Part shown: positions 56,554 to 64,000 of the stretch, in pieces
Numbering within the stretch: position 1 is the stretch's first letter
Layout: each line of letters opens with the position of its first letter
Source of the DNA: Eledone cirrhosa
Lineage: Eukaryota
Length of the DNA: 64,000 nt
NCBI GenBank assembly: GCA_964016885.1
Contig: OZ024762.1
Location: 23,684,001 to 23,748,000 of the forward strand
Direction: 5' to 3'
Notes under the pieces: model-generated
What the model was told of the DNA's origin: nothing
The model's database searches: none
The model's input: only the letters and a program-made list of their open reading frames with translations
Made by a program: the position numbers and the translations under genes

Positions 56554-56795
56554 TATATATATGAAAATGAAGGAACGGAGTCAGAAACTCGCGTTAGTCC
56601 CTATAATTCATGCGCTCAAAGGAAAAGGAATCCCGGGCTCTTCAAATATAATATAGAGAAGAAAACGCACTAGAGAGTGTGTTTATGCCACCCAAGCCAC
56701 TGATCTACTGTCTCATACATGCATTTCCTTCTCTCTCGCACGTGTTGCAAGGCAGTACTTTAAGTTCTCTTTTAGTTGTTTGGGATGTATTCACT

Positions 56796-56881
56796 TCACA
56801 GACCCTGATGAACCTGGATGAATTCAATCCAAACACTGATTTTTCTGGCGAAACATTCTCTCTGAGTTTGTACGTGTGTGA
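56796..56881 (+). ncRNA. Degenerate hammerhead candidate
   Basis: TCACAGACC-CTGATGA-ACC TGGAT..ATCCA..GGC-GAAA-CA..CTC TCT GAG..TG-TA-CGTGTGTGA. All stems carry mismatches. Confidence 0.5.
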
Positions 56882-57405
56882 TATATAGTTATAAAGGTGG
56901 GTTCCTTTATTTTAATTTATATTTTTGACTATAATGTATCTGCCTCACCTTTCTTAGTTTATAGGTTCCAAACACTAGTGGAATTCCTTGTAACTTGATA
57001 AACATACTCTCTCTAGTGTGTTTTCTTATATATATATATATATATGTATATGTATATATATATATATGTACACGTACATACATATATGTATACAGACGTA
57101 CAGTAGTATGTATATTTATATACATACATGCACACATATATATATGTACGTATGGATTCACCGAACATTTATTATAATGCTCGGTGTGTTTGTAAACAAA
57201 CATCCCGTATTAAGCCGTAGTGTCTAGCAACCATCGTTGCTCGTTTGTTCAACACTGACAAAGGACACTGAGCATTATAATAAATGTTCGGTGAATCCAT
57301 ACGTACATATATATATTATACATATATGTATGTACGTGTACATACTTATATTTAAGTAACAGCCGTACTAAGAGTGGGAAATGAAATTTCGTTTCATTTT
57401 TTTCC

Positions 57406-57461
<56 letters not shown>

Positions 57462-57689
57462 TTATGTGTAGAATGTAGAGGAGTCACACACTAGTTGACA
57501 TAATATATAGAGAGAAAAGTTCACATTTTTAGCCATAGTTTTCTTTCTCTCTTGGTGTTGACCTTAGCTGTGTCGCCATTAATAGCGGACGTAGCAGGGA
57601 AGAATCAGCTCGTTCTGTTTAAGCTGGGATTATATCAAAACAAACTTAAATGAATGGGAATCGTTATATAATATTTCTAAGCTCTAAGT

Positions 57690-57870
57690 GGTTCATTCTG
57701 TCATTACCTCAACAGGGGTCCAACGAGCTTTTGATTGATTCCAGAGTCGGGCTAGAGAGATACAGATTGAACCTTGAGCTGATCATTAGCGAAACGCGCA
57801 CCACTATTCAATAAACGTAATGTTTATCATTACGTTTAGTGAATAGTGGTGCGCGTTTGGCTATTGATAT
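57690..57870 (+). mobile_element. Family E copy with degenerate HHR and a 3' fold-back
   Basis: Homologous to 15885-16010. The core reads CCAACGA, and there is an inverted repeat at about 57781-57868. Confidence 0.72.
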
Positions 57871-58008
57871 ATATATATATGAATGTGATATATATATATA
57901 CCGGCAAGTTTAGCTACCCCTTCCCCCACCAACTTGCCATCACAGATTTACTACTAACTTGTGATGTGACCAATCCTGGTGATTATCTTTTTGACCATAT
58001 ATGGAATT

Positions 58009-58102
58009 ACCCCTTGATAAGTTCGGCTATTTAAATACCAGAATAAATTTTCATTCAGTACAGAATTAGCCGTCGAAACGGCTTGAGCTCAGCCGTCGGG
58101 GT
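58009..58102 (+). ncRNA. Type I hammerhead (family A) with U3-A8 core and full stem III
   Basis: ACCCC-TTGATAA-GTTCGGCTA...TAGCCGTC-GAAA-CGGCT TGAGCTC AGCCG-TC-GGGGT, with a GUC cleavage triplet. Confidence 0.85.
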
Positions 58103-58714
58103 CTTACTTGTTCCTATATATATATATATATAGTTATGTAATAAACAACATAAGGCAATTATTTCATTTACCAGTGGTTTCTTAAAAACAAAAATGCAAT
58201 CTATATGAAAGTGAGGCTGGAAAAAGAAGGAAATAAAAATAAAATAAAAACACACATGCAAACACACACAATACACACACAATTATATACATACACATAT
58301 ATATATATATACATACACACATACATACATACACACACATATACACACACACACACATATGTGTGTATATATATACATACACATACATATACACATACAT
58401 ACATACACATAAATGTCAACATATCCATACATACACATACAGATATGCAATCACACACACACATATATATATATATACACATACATATACATACATACAT
58501 ATACACAATCATACGTATATACACACGTACATACATACACATACATACACACATACATACGCATGCACAAAAATAGAAATATATACACACACCTCTACAT
58601 ACTCACACACAAATAAATATAAGAAAAAATATATATAATAATAGTTACCTACATAGCTCTGTTACCTACATCGAGCACTCTTTTTTCCTGGACTTTTCCG
58701 ACGGAATTACTTCA

Positions 58715-58781
<67 letters not shown>

Positions 58782-59122
58782 GGAGACACGTGGCTTAGTG
58801 GTTAGAGCATTGGCCTTGCAATCGAAAAGTTGTGAGTTCAATTCTCAGACCGGGTGATGTGTTGTTTCCTTGAGCAAGACACTTTATTTCACGTTGCTCC
58901 AGTTTACTCAGCTGTAGAAATGAGATGATAGGGACTGGGTCCCTATCATTTCACTGCAAAGTGGTCGTGGAGGTGCCACGGCAAAAAAGCACCCACCACT
59001 CACTGTAAATGAGGTTGGTGTTAGGAAGGGCATCCAGCTGTAGAAATCAAACCAGCATCAGTTCCCGTCCCACCCTTGCAAGCAGGGAAAAGCAGACGTA
59101 AAATGAAATGGTGCTGATGATG
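58782..59122 (+). mobile_element. Full-length SINE family 2
   Basis: A and B boxes, CORE-like TTCCTTGAGCAAGACACTT and a LINE-derived tail. Confidence 0.88.
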
Positions 59123-59163
<41 letters not shown>

Positions 59164-59168
<5 letters not shown>

Positions 59169-59423
59169 TTTAGAAGAAATAGGGAGCTGTGTGGTTACTT
59201 GATAAAGTGTATTTAAAAATAAGAGGAAAACACAAACGGGGGACAATTCCTTCATCAGTTGTCTGCTGGAGATCACGGACATTTCAACGCCTTGTCTTTA
59301 CTGCGTTGAAATGTCCGTGATCTCCAGCAGACAACTGATGAAGGAATTGCGCCCCGTTTGTTTTCCTCTTATTTTTAAATACACTTTATCAAGTAACCAC
59401 ACAGCTCCCTATTTCTTCTAAAA

Positions 59424-59428
<5 letters not shown>
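59164..59428. repeat. (TA)n-flanked inverted repeat, ~125-bp arms, 12-nt loop
   Basis: Arms 59164-59290 and 59303-59428 are near-identical reverse complements. Confidence 0.92.
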
Positions 59429-59456
<28 letters not shown>

Positions 59457-59599
59457 GGATACTATTTATGGTTATGTATATACTAAAACTTTTTATAGTT
59501 ATATATATTTTAAACCCTAAACAGTGAAGGTCAGTAATTTATTACTACCTTATTACCAGTAAGATAAATAGCTCAATGTAATACCATCAGTTGTTCTAC

Positions 59600-59812
59600 A
59601 GAACAACAGAAAATATAACTACTCTATTACCAAAGGTTTCTGGATCCCAGACAATATTAATAAAAGTCTGGAACGTTCATCAGACAGAAATGTCATGAGT
59701 GGAAATTTTCCACTGATGACATTTCTGTCTGATGAACGATCCAGACATATATTAATATTGTCTGGGATCCAGAAACCTTTGGTAATAGAGTAGTTATATT
59801 TTCTGTTGTTCT
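59600..59812. mobile_element. Family F palindrome with HHRs at 59622-59689 (minus) and 59723-59790 (plus)
   Basis: Plus: TTCTGT-CTGATGA-AC GATCCAGAC..GTCTGGGATC CA-GAAA-CC TTT GG-TA-ATAGAG. The centre is GTGGAAATTTTCCAC. Confidence 0.85.
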
Positions 59813-59961
59813 CTTTCTCATTAAATAGCTCTGCTCTCTTTTGTCCTTTGCTTTTTCTTCGGAATTACATAGCACACACACACAGACACACACAGACACA
59901 CACAAACAAACACACACACACACACATATATATAATTCTTTATCATTAATATAAAAAGAAA

Positions 59962-60484
59962 ATCCCGCCGAGATTAACTTTGCCTTTCATCCTTACGGGG
60001 TCGATAAAATAAAGTACCAGTAATGCACTGGGTAATTGCTGGCCTTGTGCCTAAAGTAGAAACAATTAGTATACCCCAGTGCAGTACCAGTAATGTACTG
60101 GGTAATTGCTGGCCTTGTGCCTAAAGTAGAAACAATTAGTATACCCCAGTGCAGTACCAGTAATGTACTGGGTAATTGCTGGCCTTGTGCCAAAAGTAGA
60201 AACAATTATTATACCCCAGTGCAGTACCAGTAATGTACTGGGTAATTGCTGGCCTTGTGCCAAAAGTAGAAACAATTATTATACCCCAGTGCAGTACCAG
60301 TAATGTACTGGGTAATTGCTGGCCTTGTGCCAAAAGTAGAAACAATTAGTATACCCCAGTGCAGTACCCGTAATGTACTGGGTAATTGCTGGCCTTGTGC
60401 CAAAAGTAGAAACAATTAGTATACCCCAGTGCAGTACCCGTAATGTACTGGCTAATTGCTGGCCTTGTGCCAAAAGTAGAAACA
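59962..60484 (+). mobile_element. 5'-truncated SINE family 1 with seven tandem 70-bp tails
   Basis: GTAGAAACAATT recurs every 70 bp from 60057 to 60477. TSD ATTAATATAAAAAGAAA at 59945 and 60485. Confidence 0.92.
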
Positions 60485-60757
60485 ATTAATATAAAAAGAA
60501 ATTACAGTAAGAATGGCAACAGTTGTAAAAAGGGCCTCTCATTTCATATAGGTTAGGTCCTCGACGGGTGAAAGTCTGGACCTGGGTGTGGGCTTCGCTT
60601 AGTTTAAAATATCCAAGACACGACACCACCAGAGGTCACGGGTGGGTACAAATATGTAAAATATTTGTAATACCTGATGTCTTGCTATCAGAGATATTCA
60701 GGGATTGTTCTACCTGATCTTTCAAATTAATTCTAGGTGTGTCTGGTCTAAGAATGT

Positions 60758-61130
60758 GTGTGTCTGTGTTAAGGTATGGGTTTCTGTGTGTGTGTGTGTG
60801 TCTGTGTTAAGGTATGGTCTGTGTTTGTGTGTGTGGGTGTGTGTCTGTGTTAAGGTATGGGTCTGTGTTTGTGTGTGGGTGTGTGTCTGTGTTAAGGTAT
60901 GGGTCTGTGTTTGTGTGTGTGTCTGTGTCTGTTAAGGTATGGGTTTGTGTGTCTGTGTTAAGGTATGAGTCTGTGTTTGTGTGTGTGTCTGTGTCTGTTA
61001 AGGTATGGGTTTGTGTGTCTGTGTTAAGGTATGGGTCTGTGTTTGTATGTGTGTGTGTGTGTCTGTGTTAAGGTATGGGTCTGTGTGTGTTAAGGTATGG
61101 GTCTGTGTGTGTGTTAAGGTATGGGTGTGT
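60758..61130. repeat. TG-embedded minisatellite (GTGTTAAGGTATGGGT core)
   Basis: About 12 recurrences of TGTTAAGGTATG. Confidence 0.9.
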
Positions 61131-61559
61131 GTGTGTGTATGTGTAAAGTTATCGGTCTGTATGTGGAAAGGTATGGATCTGTGTTTGAGTGTGTGTGTAA
61201 AGGTATAAGTCTGTGTGTTTGAGTGTGTGTGTGTGTGTGTAAAGGTATGGCCCTATATGTTTGTATATGTGTTAAAGTTTATACCTATGTGTGTGTGTAA
61301 GGGTGTAGGCCTATATGATTGTGCGTGTAAAGGTGTGAGTCTATGTGTAAAGTGTGTGTGTAAAGGTTTATGCCTATATCTGGCTGTATGTGTGTGTGTG
61401 TAAAGGTGTGGGCCTATATGTTTGAGTGTATATATGTATAGGTATATAACTATATGTTGAGGCGGCCCTAGGGCCAAGGACACCAGAATACTCCACTGTA
61501 ACTAGCTCGACCTCAAACCTGTCGGAGAGCGACCCATATTTCTATATACTACAAAACGA

Positions 61560-62995
61560 AAAAAATAATGAAAAAAAATCTTTTTGTCAACAAGCAAGGT
61601 GAACTACGATGTCGGGTCCTTCCCGGCAGGTCCTGGCAGAATCAACCGTCTCCAAGCGTGACCAGCCAAGCTCATGGATGTTATCCAACCACCTTGCTCG
61701 GGGTCTACCCCTGGGTTTCTTGCCAGTTGGTTTTGCCCGTAAAATTTGTCCAGCGATTCTTTCCTGAGACATTCTAACCACTTTCCCATAGTATCGGAGC
61801 TGTGATCTCTCAATTCGGAGATTCTTTCCTGAGACATTCTAACCACATGTCCATAGTAGCAGAGGTGTGATCTCTCAATTCAGAGATTCTTTCCTGAGAC
61901 ATTCTAACCATATGTCCATAGTAGCAGAGGTGTGATCTCTCAATTCAGAGATTCTTTCCTGAGACATTCTAACCACATGTCCAGAGTATCAGAGGTGTGA
62001 TCTCTCAATTCAGAGATTCTTTCCTGAGACATTCTAACCACATGTCCATAGTAGCAGAGGTGTGATCTCTCAATTCAGAGATTCTTTCCTGAGACATTCT
62101 AACCACATGTCCAGAGTATCAGAGGTGTGATCTCTCAATTCAGAGATTCTTTCCTGAGACATTCTAACCACATGTCCAGAGTATCAGAGGTGTGATCTCT
62201 CAATTCAGAGATTCTTTCCTGAGACATTCTAACCACATGTCCAGAGTATCAGAGGTGTGATCTCTCAATTCAGAGATTCTTTCCTGAGACATTCTAACCA
62301 CATGTCCATAGTAGCAGAGGTGTGATCTCTCAATTCAGAGATTCTTTCCTGAGACATTCTAACCACATGTCCAGAGTATCAGAGGTGTGATCTCTCAATT
62401 CAGAGATTCTTTCCTGAGACATTCTAACCACATGTCCAGAGTATCAGAGGTGTGATCTCTCAATTCAGAGATTCTTTCCTGAGACATTCTAACCACATGT
62501 CCAGAGTATCAGAGGTGTGATCTCTCAATTCAGAGATTCTTTCCTGAGACATTCTAACCACATGTCCATAGTAGCAGAGGTGTGATCTCTCAATTCAGAG
62601 ATTCTTTCCTGAGACATTCTAACCACATGTCCAGAGTATCAGAGGTGTGATCTCTCAATTCAGAGATTCTTTCCTGAGACATTCTAACCACATGTCCAGA
62701 GTATCAGAGGTGTGATCTCTCAATTCAGAGATTCTTTCCTGAGACATTCTAACCACATGTCCATAGTAGCAGAGGTGTGATCTCTCAATTCAGAGATTCT
62801 TTCCTGAGACATTCTAACCACATGTCCATAGTAGCAGAGGTGTGATCTCTCAATTCAGAGATTCTTTCCTGAGACATTCTAACCACATGTCCAGAGTATC
62901 AGAGGTGTGATCTCTCAATTCAAAGATTCTTTCCCGAGACATTCTAACCACATGTCTGTAGTATCAGAGCTGTGATCTCTCAATTCGGAGAAGTT
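61560..62995 (-). mobile_element. 3' fragment of an RTE-like LINE containing a 65-bp x19 tandem array (61755-62989)
   Basis: Minus peptide VRMSQERIAGQILRAKPTGKKPRGRPRARWLDNI. The terminal repeat units encode LRIERSQL....VRMSQER. Confidence 0.85.
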
Positions 62996-63339
62996 GCTTT
63001 TGCCGACTTATAAAACAATAAATCTATTTAAAAATTATAAAAAACAAAACAAACACAAATCTTTTAGATGCAGTGCCGTCTAGCGACAGTTTGGATAACT
63101 AACTTGGACAGGAAGGCGGGAAGGAAGTAGAGAGAGAAAGAGAGATGACAAGAAGTGGTCAGAGCGGTCAAAAATAAACAGTAACTTGTGAACTAGAAGT
63201 AGTCTTTTTTGCTGAGTAATCCACCATTTGTCAGATTAAACATTTAAGCACTGGTTAATTGGAGGAGGAGGGGGGTAATTAACTAACCTAGGAAACCAGT
63301 GTATGTGTGTGTATATATATGTATGTGTGTATATATATA

Positions 63340-63394
<55 letters not shown>

Positions 63395-63414
63395 GTGTAT
63401 GGTGTGTGTCTATG

Positions 63415-63448
<34 letters not shown>

Positions 63449-63478
63449 TATGTATATATATATATATATATATATGTC

Positions 63479-63526
<48 letters not shown>

Positions 63527-64000
63527 GGCATATATATATATATATATATATATGCAGGCATACATACATATATACACACAGACTTACATATATATATATA
63601 TAATCTGCAAGGTGTTACGACCGGCAGATAGTATTAGCAATGGGAACGGACCCCCCCCCCCCACACACACACACCACCACCACCACCACCACCATCACCA
63701 CCATCACCACCACCACCACCACACAGTACTTTTTTCTTATTTTGCCGCCTCAGAACTTCGTTAACTTAGTTCTAGTAAAGTGTGTGTGTATATATATTTA
63801 TATATATATTTGTGTGTGTGTCTGTCTGTATGTATGTGTGCAGATGTGTGTGTGTGTGTATATGAATATGTGCTGGTGTGCAGGTGTGTGTGTGTATGTG
63901 AATACGTGCTGGTGTGCAGGTGTGTGTATGTGAATATGTGCTGGTGTGCAGGTGTGTGTGTGTGTGTGGTTTAAGAGCGGAATGACTGTGAAAAATATAA

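Noticed and set aside
61755-62989. CRISPR-like regular array
   Set aside because: The units are contiguous tandem copies with no unique spacers, no cas genes are present, and the context is eukaryotic and LINE-derived.

Overview
AT-rich, microsatellite-saturated animal genomic DNA. It is most likely a cephalopod such as octopus, inferred from the repeat landscape and SINE types. Nearly all ORF-track entries are translations of simple repeats. Recognisable elements are a full-length but decayed Tx1/L1-clade LINE (7175-12886, minus strand, 15-bp TSD), a frameshifted RTE-clade LINE (52458-55810), a 5'-truncated Penelope-like element with an open GIY-YIG frame (44677-45588), two tRNA-derived SINE families, several MITEs, large satellites, one candidate low-complexity exon and a 200-N gap. 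The main hidden signal is about 30 type-I hammerhead ribozyme (HHR) motifs from roughly 12 distinct short element families, almost all embedded in (TA)n tracts. Many are arranged as head-to-head palindromes carrying a ribozyme on each strand. They show palindromic mini-stem III, a U3-A8 compensatory core variant, pyrimidine-pyrimidine 10.1/11.1 variants and a shared downstream 3' stem-loop. This suggests a large Penelope-mobilised, ribozyme-bearing non-autonomous element system. All folds were done by eye, and no activity or database match is demonstrated.
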